Numbered from the stretch's first letter, positions 15,481-29,200 are shown. The stretch is 64,000 nucleotides of DNA from Octopus sinensis (GCF_006345805.1 NC_042998.1:13330001-13394000), one strand, 5' to 3'. Numbers and translations are program-made. Notes: generated by a model not told the origin, from the sequence alone.

Positions 15481-16971
15481 CGTAATTCGTAATAAATACA
15501 AATTTCCGATGCAAATAATTATTCAAAGAATTTTTTAGGTCATTTCAAATTCTTAATTGCTGCATTCAAACATTGAAAACCTACATATTAGATCGTTGAG
15601 GTATTAGAGGGCTCAATGTCATTACTATAATCCAGAATGCCTGTTGATTGGTTGACGTAATAACACAAACTGGTAACAGAATTCTAATACAAATTCTGAA
15701 AAGATTACTAGACCGAAAATTTGAGAAAACTAAGAGATAAAGTTATGATGGTTCTTGATAAAGTGCGGAGATATCTAGCAGTATCAGTATAATATATTAA
15801 GGGATCGTATACAAACTGAATGCATTAGATATTGAGATACAATATACTGGATTTACTTAATACTATAAAATCACCCCTTCATTAGAAATTAAGTATATGT
15901 TTAATTGTCTTGGAATAAATCAATCCAATATTTGTCTACGAATCAAGAGGGGGACTGTGTAGTATCACAATTATTACCTATATGCCGCTTGTATATTACT
16001 ATTTTCATATTGTTTTAGTTGCAGAAAAGATTGAAGCGAAGAAGAAATTATAGTAAGAAATCGATAACTTTGAGAATTGCACATATCGTGATTGTAATAT
16101 CCGTGTTATGTTACTTTTGACATTTTGTAAAGCATACTTGTTATCTAAATATATGGAACGATGGTTCACTTGTCTCGTGAAAATTCTAAATTTCATTCAT
16201 TAAAGTTTCAGTCCTACCAATCAAGTATTAATGGTCATGAAAAACAATGAGACTTGTCATGATATAACTGGAATTACTTTCCAACTCCGCAGATTAATAT
16301 ATACTCGGCAACATATCGAACACAGACTGAAAAAGATTTTGAGCATGTTAGTATGAGAAAACGGAATCATAATTTTATAAAGTCGTGATATCAAATTGAG
16401 ATCTAATATATAGCATTTATTTTGTAAATAGTCAACATTCCGAAGCATTATCATTATCAGCAAATTTGTGCGCGTACAGCTGTCCGAAGCAGAAGGTATA
16501 TTTCAGTGAGATTCGCGAATCTAAAATCAAATGTGTATTCATTTTAAATGAATACACATTTATCAAGAGATAAATGAGATATATAATACAATCATGCTAC
16601 AATTTCCATAGAATAGTTGACGTATAACTTCATAAGCACTCCAGGCATATATTGAAGTAGATTTACACAATTTATATAGTGCATTATATGTACTTTAGTT
16701 TTATTAAACATTTGGAACACCACCCTCTATTTGATCCGAAATATCTCGCGATGTATATATATAATCTCCCAAAACCGAGATAATTCAAAAGAATAAAGCA
16801 ACAATGCGTAGAGTTGGTACATGCAAAGTATTAATGAGACGCCCAGGGGAGGAATAAGTGGGTATTATGTGTTTTGAACAAAGCTCTTCTTCAGAAAACA
16901 GGAGACAAGAAAGCCCAAGAGAAAAGAAAGACGAAGGAAAAGAATCGCCTACAATCCACATGTAGTTACAT

Positions 16972-17032
<61 letters not shown>

Positions 17033-17034
<2 letters not shown>

Positions 17035-17255
17035 GAGGGTTTAGAAATAAATTCTGTAGCCTATATGCTGAGAAATACACGCTAAATCGTCTCACTACTA
17101 AAAAAAGGGACAAATACATGTTGAATTCGACACAAGAAGCAAACATAAATTATTCATAATTTGGTTTATTATGTCGAATTCAACACGGATTTGTGACTTT
17201 TTTTTTAATGCTAAGAAGATTTGGCGTCTATTTCTCAGCAGATATGCTACAAGAT
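17033..17255. repeat. Degenerate fold-back inverted repeat between (TA)n arrays
   Basis: gtagcctatatgctgagaaatacacgc...catgttgaattcgaca pairs with tgtcgaattcaacacg...gcgtctatttctcagcagatatgctac. Confidence 0.8.
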
Positions 17256-17365
17256 TTCTTTTTTTTTTTTCGCCTTATCATAATTATACATATATTTCAC
17301 CTTAATCGGTCTTCTCTTTTATATACTGACCACTGATGAATTTAATAAAAAAAGTTTTATCCATT

Positions 17366-17428
<63 letters not shown>

Positions 17429-17744
17429 TATATATATATACAATTATATATACAAATGTATTTATTTATTTGTATGTATATGTATATACAATGTATATAT
17501 ATGTGTATGTGGATCTATCTATGTGTACGTATGTAAATTGTATGACAAAATTTGCCTGCTATAAATTTTGCCGCGTACACAATGCAAGAAACTATTAATA
17601 CCTCCTTTATTTTCTTTACCTACTGTGTAAAATAACCTAACTATGGACTCATAATAAAAGATGCGAGTAATAGCACACGGAGTAGATATGGTGTTCTGAA
17701 TATTCTAAATTTGTTGAATTAAATTACAAATTGCGCGAGATGAT

Positions 17745-17840
17745 TACATAGATAGATAGATGGCTAGATAGATAGATAGATAAATGGACACGTAGATAGA
17801 TAGATAAATAGACAGATAGACAGATAGATAGATAAATAAT
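17745..17840. repeat. (TAGA)n tetranucleotide microsatellite
   Basis: Direct sequence. Confidence 0.9.
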
Positions 17841-18077
17841 AGATTCATCAAGATACACATGTTAGTGTATATGTAAGTATGTGCACATATATGCATGAAT
17901 GTAAACTTATGTGTATATAAAAATCTGCATATATACATACATATCTATGTAAAACTGTTTATCTATTTATTATCTATCTATCCAGGAATATCTACATTAA
18001 ACAAATGACGTGGTAAACGGGAGTGATTGGCAAGGAATCACTCCAAAGCAATATTGTCATTCGATATTTCGGTTTGG

Positions 18078-18632
18078 AATCAATAGTCGTGGCATAACCG
18101 TGCACTCCTTAGCGTAAACACTGTGCGACGATTGTGAGGATAACTCAGCTCGTTAAACGAAAACAGCTCTGCACGGAGCGTCGGGGTGCGCTGTGTCAAA
18201 TTAAAGAGACGGTTTCTAATAAACGTGGTTGGGTCACGTGACGCTGGGTGACTGAGGTGGTTGGGAAACAACAGTCGTCGTGGCTGAACTGTGTATTCCT
18301 TCGTGTACATAGCATACGACCATTGATAGGACAACCCACCTAACAAAATATGATAAGTCATCATTTGGGAGTTGAGCATGCAACGTGGGGGTACATAAGG
18401 TCACATTAAAGACACGGTCTCTAACAAAAGTGGTTTTGTCATGTGATGTTGGGTTGTAGATGCTGTTGTGAATCAATTGTCGTGACACAACCGCGCACTC
18501 CACGTAAACAGCGTGCGGTCATTGTGAGGACAACTAGCTTCAAAACGAAAAGAATTCTGCATACTGCGTCCAGGCACGAACGGTCACATTAAGAAAATGG
18601 TTTTCTAACAAACGTTGTTGGGTCTTATATGT
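18078..18632. repeat. Diverged tandem repeat, 3 units of ~185-205 bp, GC/CpG-rich
   Basis: Units start near 18078, 18270 and 18471 and share gtcgtg, attgtgaggac/taac, acattaaagacacggt, ctaacaaa, gggtc. Confidence 0.8.
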
Positions 18633-20268
18633 ATAGTTTTGCTATTTTTTAGTCGGTTAATGTATATACGATATATCAATTTGAATCAACAGTTGAATAA
18701 TATTTGTATGGGCTTCGTCTATGCTCAGAAGGAAGACTTTGATACTGAAGCTAAAAGAATATAATTGAATAGTACTCAGGATATAACATATTCTAGTATA
18801 TTTGTTATAATAAACATAGTGCATTCCAAACCGTTTTTACTCCAGCAAATAGCTACCTGTGGCACTACAGGAACAGTCTATTATCGCTACCACTTAGACA
18901 ACGCAGTTTGACGTCTACATCGGTTCATCCATTTAATACAACCTAGTTATATCATTTCAGTAACTATTTTTTCAAGTTTGAACAAAAGCAATGCGTGGAC
19001 CATGCGGGCATTCGTACGTACCCCAGGAAGGAGGCTTTCTGCTCCCTTGGTCCCATTATTCATTATGTGAACACTTTTAAGAGTCTAAACCCATCTCTGG
19101 AACACAAGTAAAGTATGTTTCCAGTTTGCAGAAAATCGGTCGTGGACTTCAGAAATTTTACGGGTTTAAGCGCAAGCGCACACACACACGCGCACACACA
19201 CACACGCGCACACACACACGCACACAAGCACATAGACACACACACACACACACACATGCATGCACGCACAAACCCAGTTTTATATATATAAAGATCGTTA
19301 TTATTCAGTGTATTGTATTGGCATATATTCTTCCCTCAAAGTTGCTAAATTTTGTCTAAACCAGAACTTATATGCACCTGTATAGGGAATTATACTTAAA
19401 ACTTGATTATGAATACATGATGGGTTGTTGCTGCTTAATAGCAACAGAGACGAACGGAATTTATTCGATTCCTTATTATTTTTCTTCTTCCGTATAGACT
19501 CGAGTATTGAATAATCATTAGGAAATATATACGTGATAAAATTGAAAGCTGTGATGATCCACAAAGCTATTTTCAGATCTGCAGCTAAATCAACTGCCAC
19601 TTAGTTATTACTTGAAACTGACATATTGCAACGTAAGCTATGATTACCTAAAACATAAGCAAAACAATACATGAAACTATGACGATAACGATAATTATAT
19701 TTCAAATATCAACTATGGAAATATCGAGTACTATAATTAGATATGACAGTGGTGAGTGACTGTTTTCAATAGCTTTTAAATATATGAAATCTAGATTTAC
19801 ACAGAAACAAACATACTTATAATAACAGAGTATTTGTCTCTGTGAATAATATTTCGAAATATTTGATTATAATGATATTTGTTTCGTAACTTATCATTAA
19901 TAAAAGAATAAATTGAAACACAGTTTATTAAAGAAAACTTAAGCAAATGTGAGCTATCTGAATTATGTATTAAACATAAATGCTCATGCAATCATAACAC
20001 AAGTGACTAGAATTGAAATGAAACAATTCATGCAGTTTTACACATGAAACGAAATATTTCAACAGATTTAAGCAAATTATATTCGTTTGCTACTGCATGT
20101 TCTCGATATTGTGATCACACGAAATAAAATTTTGTGTGATCTCAATATGTTTTATTTTCATGTCGCTAACTAAATTATATTTGATAATTAAAAATAACGC
20201 TGTGCACATGCTTTAAATAAGTAAGTAGAGTATTTTCAGTAAACAGTCATATAATACCTAAAAGAAGT

Positions 20269-20500
20269 GCGGCGAGCTGGCAGAAAAGTTAGCATGCCGG
20301 GTGAAATGCGTAGCCGTATTTCGTCTGCCGTTACGTTGTGAGTTCAAATTCTGCCAAGGTCGACTTTGCCTTTCATCCTTCCAGGGTCGATAAATTAAGT
20401 ACCAGTTACGCACTGAGACTGATGTGATCGACTTAATACTTATGTCTGTCCTTGTTTGTCCTCTCTATGTTTAGCCCCTCGTTGGTAGTAAAGAAACAGG
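20269..20500 (+). mobile_element. SINE family A, full length
   Basis: gcggcgagctggcagaaaagttagc...gagttcaaattctgcc...gtcgataaattaagtaccagtt...tttagcccc...agtaaagaaacagg. Confidence 0.92.
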
Positions 20501-20534
20501 TATATAAGACCTAAAAAAATGTTTTCTTTATCTA

Positions 20535-20727
20535 AAGGCTGGAAGAAATGTTAGCGTGCTCGGTAAAATGCTTAACAGTATTTCGTATGTCTTTACGTTG
20601 TGAGTTGAAATTCCGCCGAAGTCGACTTAGCCTTTCATCCTTTCGGGGTCGATAAATTAAGTACCAGTTGCCTAGTGGGTTGAATCTAATCGACTGGTCC
20701 CCTCCACAAAAACATTGGGCCTTGTGC
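20535..20727 (+). mobile_element. SINE family A-related (alternative tail)
   Basis: Same head and core as 20269; tail aatcgactggtcccctccacaaaaacattgggccttgtgc. Confidence 0.88.
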
Positions 20728-21085
20728 AGTTTTGTTGAGTGTCATTCTGTTATTACTTTTGCTCCGTATTCGTCGTATGTTTTAGAGTTGTGTAACCAAA
20801 CATACATTTGCTTTACGCCTAAAGATAAATCTGTGTAATTAGAAAACGAGATGAAATCCTATTAATGAGAAAATGTAACAAATTATATAAAAAAGAATCG
20901 TAAGGAATATTTAATCAACTTTAAATCCTTTATACCGCAAAACATTTATTATGCAACAAATCCTAACATCTAAAATTTATGTCACACATTTAATAATGAA
21001 AGCAATTCGTTTAATTCGACATATTTACCTTGAGATTCATGTTTGATACAGAATAAAGGACCCCGAATAAAATTATCAATGTTTA

Positions 21086-21683
21086 TGTTGTGTGGACGCC
21101 CCCAGACGATGAAGTAGACTAGCCCAATACGTAGATATAGAGCGAGAAGACTAGACGTCGTGAAGGAGTAGAAGTTGAGACTAGAGCAGAGAATAGAATA
21201 GAGTAGAGTGGAGAGTGGAGACGCAATGGCCCAGTGGTTAGGGCAGCGGACTCGCGGTCATAGGATCGCGGTTTCGATTCCCAGACTGGGCGTTTGTGAG
21301 TGTTTATTGAGCGAAAACACCTAAAAGCTCCACGAGGCTCCGGCAGGGGATGGTGGTGATCGCTGCTGTACTCTTTCACCACAACTTTCTCTCACTCTTA
21401 CTTCCTGTTTCTGTTGTACCTGTATTTCAAGGGATCGGCCTGGTCACTCTCTGTGTCACGCTGAATATCCCCGAGAACTACGTTAAGGGTTCACGTGTCT
21501 GTGGAGTGCTCAGCCACTTACACGTTAATTTCACGAGCAGGCTGTTCCGTTGATTCGGATCAACCGGAACCCTCATCGTCGTAACCGACGGAGTGCTTCC
21601 ATCCAGAGTGGAGAACAGTTGAGTAGTAGAGGCATCCGAACGTGCGACGTAAGAGTGTCGACGGGTATTTCATAACTCCCACA
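21086..21683. mobile_element. LTR-like remnant interrupted by a SINE
   Basis: GC- and purine-rich tract bounded by TG...CA, continuous across the SINE at 21218-21600; no TSD found. Confidence 0.3.
21218..21600 (+). mobile_element. tRNA-derived SINE family B (gcaatggcccagtggttagg head)
   Basis: A box tggcccagtgg, B box ggtttcgattccc; flanked by the duplicated agagtggaga (21205-21214 and 21605-21614), a probable TSD. Confidence 0.92.
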
Positions 21684-22120
21684 GCCACTGTTTAGTATTG
21701 CGACATATCAGTTAATCAAATACAGCATGTATCTTCATAATAAATCAGAAAGAAGAAGAGATAATATTCACATATATTTGTTTAAAATTAGAAAGAAAAT
21801 GGGCGCCAGAAAATAACATGCCTTCAGTAGGAACAGTTAATTGTCATAGGATACATTGTCAACTACTAGGCAGAAACTATTTACGGTGCATATATCAGTA
21901 TACACATGAGCGTTGACTGGTGAAAATAAAAATAAAAAGACTTAGTGTATTCAACGTTATATATTAATTAAACTAATATATATTGCAATAATAAAGTAAA
22001 TGGTTTAGATATTACACGCGACTAATAGCAAGAAATAGTCCACAGATGAAAACGAGAGAGATTAGCTGATAGTAGGGATATTCTGGTAGAGCTTACTGTT
22101 AATCCTAAACCATTTTTACA

Positions 22121-22255
22121 TTCTGTTGTGTCTGGGGAGAGTCCATTTCTTTTTGTACCTTATAATGTAACACACTCACCGGTAAAATGTCCACTTATTT
22201 CGGTGAGTATGTTACATTATAAGGCACAAAAAAACTCTCCCCAGACACAACGGAA
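22121..22255. repeat. Fold-back hairpin, ~55-60-bp arms, 19-nt loop
   Basis: ttctgttgtgtctggggagagt...ttataatgtaacacactcaccg / cggtgagtatgttacattataagg...actctccccagacacaacggaa. Confidence 0.9.
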
Positions 22256-23654
22256 TATGCTTCAAGACACGAACTCATATAAAGAATCTTGCAAACCAAA
22301 TCCAAAAATGAAACAAGTTTAGATTAAAATAATGTAGAAATGATATTTGTTGTTACAACCGGGCATATAAGGCGGTTTAAACTAGAGAAAACAATAAATC
22401 GAGGAAATGCGCATCCCCGGAGAGATAAACACGAGTCCCAAAATCGCGGAGCTTCAAAATTATATCAATTTAAACTGTATGTAAAATATGCAAAAGTGGA
22501 AGAGCGTGTAGTATTTAGCGATTATAAGTTGAACGCTAAATTGATAAAAAAAGTTTCTTTTATGCAGGGAAATATTTCTAAGATCCTCTGTATTACAGAA
22601 AAATATAACAGAAAATTACAGCAAGACGAGGTTAAAAGCAGAAATATTTTGCTGCAATATATCTTAAACGGGAGTAAAGTGACCTTTTATTGACTGCACA
22701 GTATTACGTAAAAAAATGTTTTAAAAAATGACTCGTTCTCCGCATTTTGATTTGTAAAATTGCTAAAAAGCTGTGCCATATCAGCTTGAAAGCCTTTCCG
22801 TATAAGAAATGGATATTGAATTTAAACCATATTTTTACTTTTTAGAATACATGATATGGTCGCTATAAATAAAATTTATCGCTGAATGTTTGTATTATCC
22901 CTTGGAAAAGCTGTTTTCTCTCAATGGAACATAGGATTGATTTCAAGAAAAAAAAAAGCTTTTGTGTAAAACATAACGGCTTAAATGTAGTCGAGAAATA
23001 CCGACACTTGGTTCATCGATAATACTAGAAAAGTATCGATCGGAAAATTCAATTGTCTATAATATTATATATCAAGCATGTTTATTTTATAAAATTCATA
23101 ATAAAACAGTTATTGATACACATACACGTGCACCCCACGCACATCACACAAATGTATATGCAGTCATGCATTTCGTTAACCGAGAAACACAATTATTACA
23201 CACAGCTTACAAAATACGCAACGTACACAAATATGAACACCTTCTACCAAACTTTATACCTTCTATTTCCATGACTGAAATTGCACTTTCTGTATGTTAC
23301 GATTGCTGAATGCTTCGCAATCAATGTTCTCAATGTATCAATAACAGTTTCAAATAAATGTCAATGTTACTGCAAAAGATCGCATCTTGAACGAGTAAAT
23401 CAGATGATAATCGTAAATACATACATCAGGTCACGTGTGGGGGAATCCATCGTTACAACGCTTGTGGTATTCAAAATTTGTTAGTATATTACAAGGTCAA
23501 CGCAGTCAACCCGTGAAACGGGGTTTTAGTAAGTTCCTATCTCCCCAAGATACCTCCTTATCAGCCGTAAACATGTGTCATGTGGTCGAATAACACGAAC
23601 TATGAACCCAGATGAATTCACATTGAAGAGAAAACAGCATGGTGTTCTAACTCG

Positions 23655-24470
23655 AAAATTCGAGCAACAAAGGGAATTAGTCTGAGTCTGCGCCCCAAAA
23701 TCATACAGGTAACATGACGCATCCCCGATCTGTGTCGAGTTAATGGCTGAATACGAAATCCAACCAACTATAAACCATTATTCTGTGAAGTATTCTGCTA
23801 CCGAAGGAGTGAAGGTGTCTCCTAAAGCATCTGAGAAGTGTCCAAGTCCTACAACTATTGAGCCAGAAAGAGAGGACCAGTGACCTATAGACACAAACAT
23901 TTTCCTCCTGCTGAGATATCGACAGCGTCAAATACCTCTGTTTAATGTCTGCACAACTGTACCAACTCGTCCAAGATTTTTAGAACATCAGACTCTCAGC
24001 TAATGCTATTATAAATCTCACTGCTGAGAGATGTGAATCGGTAAAGAAATATACGACATTGTCACCCGCAACAGAGACAGACGAGGTAGAACCCCATTAG
24101 AATCCAAAGAAAAACTGGTTACTTGTGTTGATCCAAAAGAGACTTCATGTCCAAGCCTTTGTGATTCTTCACTCTGTGGAATTATAGCATTATTTATGAC
24201 AGCTAGAGATCCAGCAAGAATTACTCCATCATCAGCAATATCTATGTCTGTAATCCTAGTGTCACCAAACAGCCCACCACATCTCGATTGAACCATCATC
24301 CGGCCAAATGCCCAACCCATGCAGACATTGAACAGAGTGGAAGCCAAGACACGACTCTGACGGACCTCAGTTCTTACTGAGAATGAGTCAGATGTTGAGA
24401 CCCCAATCGGAACCACACTGAGTGTTCCGGTGTCCAGGGTGATTATCAACTAGACGTTTGACTCGGTGGC
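23655..24470 (-). pseudogene. RTE-clade LINE reverse transcriptase fragment
   Basis: EVRQSRVLASTLFNVCMGW (GVRQGCVLAPTLFN), ITDIDIADDGVILAGS (catalytic FADD), YRSLVLSFWLNSCRTWTL...LHRIMVYSWLDFV; frameshifts and stops. Confidence 0.9.
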
Positions 24471-24877
24471 CAGAGATATGCTTTTGAGGACTTTGAAGTG
24501 AACATACACGTATATTTAAATATGCACGAGGTGAGTTCATACAATCTTTTCACTACCTTCGTTTGCTCACATGTTCTCACCGTACACGCGTACGCACATA
24601 TGCGCACGCACAGAGCCACACACACAAATAAATATACGAAACCATGTATGCAACCAACTACAGGCAGATAACGAAATGCATTATAATGAAACCAATCGCA
24701 ACCGAGTTTACTGAGCGAGGTACTTTTTGAAATATCGTCTGTCGAGACACATCTTCAGCGGTGGATGCACCATAACCCGTTTTCCAGAACCTCATCTGCG
24801 TGAGACCAATGCAAGATGAGACGAAACGACGTTGTGATGAATAATGAATCTCATGAATTCCATTTCTTCTTTTTTAT

Positions 24878-24924
<47 letters not shown>

Positions 24925-24933
24925 ACACACACA

Positions 24934-24997
<64 letters not shown>

Positions 24998-25000
<3 letters not shown>

Positions 25001-25234
25001 GGGACAGCTGATGAAGGGGATTTTTCCTTGTGTAGTTTGTCTAGTTCTCTGTTTTTTCTTTGTAAAAAAAAGGTTCGTTCCATGCTTGTTTTTACGTTTT
25101 CGTTATCTTTGAGTTCTGCGTCTATTTGTGGTGTCCTGTACTCACGTATATATATTTATATATGCATGTATATATACATGTTGTTGTAGGTACGTACATA
25201 TATGTTTGTATGTATGCATATATTTTATTTATTA

Positions 25235-25273
<39 letters not shown>

Positions 25274-25530
25274 GGGACAGCTGATGAAGGGGATTTTTCC
25301 TTGTGTAGTTTGTCTAGTTCTCTGTTTTTTCTTTGTAAAAAAAGGTTCGTTCCATGCTTGTTTTTACGTTTTCGTTATCTTTGAGTTCTGCGTCTATTTG
25401 TGGTGTCCTGTACTCACGTATATATATTTATATATGCATGTATATATACATGTTGTTGTAGGTACGTACATATATGTTTGTATGTATGCATATATTTTAT
25501 TTATTACACTACATATATATATATATATAT
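24998..25530 (+). repeat. Two near-identical tandem copies (273-bp period) of a (TA)n-associated, probably PLE-derived repeat
   Basis: Units start at 24998 and 25271 (gtagggacagctgatgaagggg...ttattacactac); same family on the minus strand at 51450-51695. Confidence 0.9.
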
Positions 25531-25759
25531 AACCAGGAATAATTGAATTTTACTTCCAATTATGCAATGTAATATCAAAGGAAAATGTTATTTTTTTATC
25601 ACGATTGAATAATTAATTAAATGTTCTCAAGTGTTATTTGTTACGCAAGTCCGTATAAATGAGGACAGATATCATAAGAACCTTATTTCGATACTTTAAC
25701 ACTATTAGTACTTCAACTCACTCAATGGCGATGTGACACACTCATTAACACAGCGGACA

Positions 25760-25930
25760 ATATGATTAGCGTTATGTCGTCTGTCTTTATGTTCTTAGTT
25801 CAAAATCCTGCTGAGGTCGATTTTGTCATTCATCCGTTCATCCTTCGATAATAAAAAAAAGCACCAGTTCAACACTACGGCCAATGTTATCGACACATAC
25901 TCTCTCAACATTTCAATCTTTATGCCTATA
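25760..25930 (+). mobile_element. SINE family A-related, degenerate
   Basis: ttcttagttcaaaatcctgctgaggtcgattttgtcattcatcc core. Confidence 0.7.
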
Positions 25931-25934
25931 ATGA

Positions 25935-26206
25935 CGTGATCACGTGACCGACCAGATGTTGCTACACGTCGCTAGTCACAGTGCGCTTCGCATTGTTTTA
26001 GCCTTCAAATGACGCCACCCAGCTGGCTAAGCGAGCAGGCCAACAGAAGAAAGGATGAGAGAAAGTTGTGGCGAAAGAGTACAGCAAGGATCGCCACCAG
26101 CCCAATCCGGAGCCTCGTGGAGCTTTAGGTGTTTTAGCTCGATAAACTCTCACAACGCGATCCTCCGACCGCGAATCCACTGCCCTAACCACTGGGCCAT
26201 TGCCCT
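25935..26206 (-). mobile_element. SINE family B (tail variant as at 49641)
   Basis: Reverse complement gcaatggcccagtggttagggcagtggattcgcggtcgg...cacctaaagctccacgaggctccgg...ttctgttggcctgctcgcttagccag. Confidence 0.9.
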
Positions 26207-29200
26207 TCAACTTGTGCCTATAATATAAGTAATTATTACTTCAAAACTATTTTCTTTTTTTATATGAAAACAAGCAATACTCAGGCATTTAAGCATTATA
26301 AGTGCGTAAGTGAATCTTACTGTGACACAAAATGCAATATTTACATCATTGTTGATATATGTACGCTTATAAAAAGTTCTGTAGAAAGATGTTTCAAGAC
26401 GCAAAAATCAGAAATAAATTTGCCTTCAAATAAGAGACCAAATATATGGAAATTTACATAGAGAGGGCAAACGTTCGGAGATATTTTGCTATGTGATAAT
26501 TTCGGATATCGTATATCACTCCAATCTGATAGTTTCTATTCTGTCTTCGGGAATAATGTGCTGTGAACCTCAATAAAGTTCATAATCTTTAAATCTTAAT
26601 AACATTTGTAACATTTTATTTTCTGAGAACAGAAAAACGAATGATTAATATTAGTATCGGTTCAATCAATTTTCAGCTCGTATATGTGTTACAAATCTTG
26701 TCGTATTTTATAAATGGTATAAAATAATTCCAAACCATGACTGCTTTTAAACAGTGGAACAAGCTGCAAGTTTTATACATGTACGATAGCCAACATTGTT
26801 TGTGCAAAATATGTATATATCACGTTAAGATTTTCTTGCGAGAATTGTGTATGAACGATGGCTGCAGAAAAGTTAAGATATTTTACGTTCTTTCAACATT
26901 GCATTAATTATAGTAATTGTAAATCACATTAATCAACAAGCGGAAAAACAAATTTGAATTTAAAATATATTAATATGAAAAAAAGCTATAAATAATATCT
27001 CAATGACTTTTACAGGAAAAAATCTATATTGTCGATCCAAGCATAGAACCAATGCTATTTAACTCGGTAAACGAAGACATGATAGATTAATTTCTGCCGA
27101 CGAAGATGAAAAGAGATTCATTTGGAGAACTAAAATACCTTCAGAGAGAACGGGATTGTCAAAGTTAACATTCTTATCCACAGATCTGACAGGTTTGACA
27201 AACGTGGTCAAATAAAACCATGATGTGAAAGTTTATGCAATGATATGATCTGCCTGAAACAACAGTAAATAGTCCAGCAATTCATACACAGGAATTTTCT
27301 TAAGAAACAGAACTTTCCATTATATCCTCTTAAAGGAAAAGTGTTTAACAGAATACGAGGAGGTTGGTGAATACACAAACGGTATTCATAAAATGTTCGC
27401 TCGATCAGCGACCTAGGAATAGGTTTAAAAAGAAAAAGAAATGTAAACAACGAATAACACTTACCGAATTATATCTGGATTCATAAATATTCAGGTAGAA
27501 ATTTATGAATATTAATGTTTATTGAAATTTGCAAGAAAAATTCGCTGTTCCCTGATATTTTATATGATTAATCAGCAGAGTATGTGTTGGTTACCATAAT
27601 ATACATTTATGCATATAATTATCTATGTATCTATACGCACATATGTGTGTGTCAGTGGGTTCGCGTATTTTCTCTGAATATATCGTTATATCATTGACTT
27701 AGAATTTCAAATATACATTGCAGGCTCAGATATTTTGTATGAGAGACAGCTGCTCCCACGTATATATATTTCTCCTCTCTACACCACCAAACATATCTAA
27801 TCAAAGGGAAATTCTAAAAGAGTTTGACTCTTGTACCGTAAAATCATGGCAGTCTCAGTTCAGAAATAATGAATAGTTACCCAAACACATACACTCCAAT
27901 TTTTGTAGGATGCTCTGTCAAACGGAGTACCATGACTGCTAATATGGGTATTAACACCAACATAATAAATAACAGATTTAAACTCATATATTTCAAAGTT
28001 AGACAACGGAAAACTGGAAAAATAGCAACTACTTTAAACCACTGACAGCATCGCATAAATGGATTTCCATGTATTTTAGGTTTCTATTTCAGGTTTAGTA
28101 AGTGGTTGAAAATTATAATTGCGGCGTGCACATCTAAATTCTATATTGTTAACTTCATTTCTGTTTGTATAAAATTCTAGAAAGGATAATGATTGGAAAC
28201 TTCCCAACGGACTACTACATCGCTGCCACACAGACATTAAAAGGATAATTCTTATTATACGGACATATTTCTTTCTCGAGAGCTACATCAATATCTATGT
28301 CTTTGCAAATTTCTCTTCGCTATTTCAACAATTATAACACCACATATCAAACAACAGAAGACATGGAAATTATTGCAAATAAATAAAAACAAGAAATGTG
28401 TTTTATGCTGACTTAAAGAGGAGTACTTTAGTATTACTGACACTGGGCCTCAAGTTCTCTCACTCCCAAGTTGGAAAAAGATCGGAAAAATAATTTTCAC
28501 TTTCTTAGACTATAAAGGATATTCAGCTGTTTGAAATAGTAGAGACTGTTTTCTTCACAGTTTTGTTTTCATGCTAATAATAACGTTTTTTGTACATATC
28601 GATGATGAACTCCGAAAGGTATCCCATTTCAGCCTAAATTTCCACATTATTTCCTATTAGAATACATATCCTTTAATACCATACGATGGGTAAAAATCCA
28701 TTTCTTAAATGCCAATTTTACCTGAACAAAACCTCTAATAACAGGCTACTAAAGTAGTATTTCTATAAAACTTTGGTTTCTAGCGACCATTTGTATGTTG
28801 CCGTTGTCATATGATATTTCAAACAAATTAACTCCTATGCTACAAAATAGACCAGATATATAATCATATAAAAGAAGGTTGCATGTATGCGTGTGCATAT
28901 ATGTATATATATATATATATATATAATATATATATATATTATATATATATATATATATATAATATATATATATATTTGCATATATTTTTTTACTTTATTG
29001 TATTTCTGTACGGCTTCATTCTCCAAATTTGATTATGTATATATGTGTGCGTGTGTGTGAGTATTGGGATGTGTGTGGGGGGAGCATGTATGTATGTATG
29101 TATGTATGTATGTATGTATGTATGTATGTATGTATGTATGTATGTATGTATGTATACACACACAAATATATGTATATATGTATATCTATATAGATACGAA

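Noticed and set aside
19301-19600. 99-aa minus-strand ORF with a hydrophobic start
   Set aside because: GTG start, no recognised homology, no convincing splice sites.
21218-21290. tRNA gene
   Set aside because: The A and B boxes continue into a SINE body repeated at 26.2 and 49.6 kb; no complete cloverleaf.
22340-22693. 117-aa non-repetitive ORF
   Set aside because: No recognisable motif, AT-driven composition, and a length compatible with chance in 64 kb x 6 frames.
24998-25530. Retrozyme (tandem hammerhead repeats)
   Set aside because: Units have CUGAUGA plus a hairpin but no GAAA or stem III, so no complete ribozyme.
27000-27420. piggyBac-like or host coding fragment (EKIYIVDPSIEPMLFNSVNEDMID)
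   Set aside because: Stops in all frames within a short distance; no diagnostic motif, TIR or TTAA boundary identified.
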